This document shows, in pieces, positions 1-1,139 of a stretch of 1,139 nt of DNA. How positions within the stretch are numbered: the first letter of the stretch is position 1; every line of letters begins with the position of its first letter. Source of the stretch: Escherichia coli. GTDB lineage: Bacteria; Pseudomonadota; Gammaproteobacteria; Enterobacterales; Enterobacteriaceae. A model generated the notes under the pieces. It saw only the letters and a program-made list of their open reading frames with translations, did not search any database and was not told where the DNA came from. The stretch is from NCBI RefSeq assembly GCF_003334785.1, contig NZ_QOWV01000065.1; one strand, 5' to 3'. The translations under genes were made by a program, and so were the position numbers.

Positions 1-1139
<1,139 letters not shown>

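Overview
Almost the whole window is the left-hand portion of a single IS21-family insertion sequence on the minus strand; I see no novel or undescribed system here. The 340-aa ORF at 31..1053 (-) is a full-length IstA transposase with an N-terminal helix-turn-helix and an intact DDE triad, and from memory it closely resembles IstA of IS100 (the Yersinia pestis / enterobacterial plasmid element). The first 10 codons of the helper gene istB follow at 1..31 (-), overlapping the istA stop by 1 nt and running off the window edge. Upstream of istA (1054..1139) lies the non-coding IS end, containing the istA ribosome-binding site, a perfect 21-bp palindrome that covers it, and a terminus that reads 5'-TGTCA on the element strand exactly at the window edge. 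The other ORFs in the track are antisense or out-of-frame overlaps of istA and are rejected. Family assignment and element name rest on protein motifs and recall, not on a database search.
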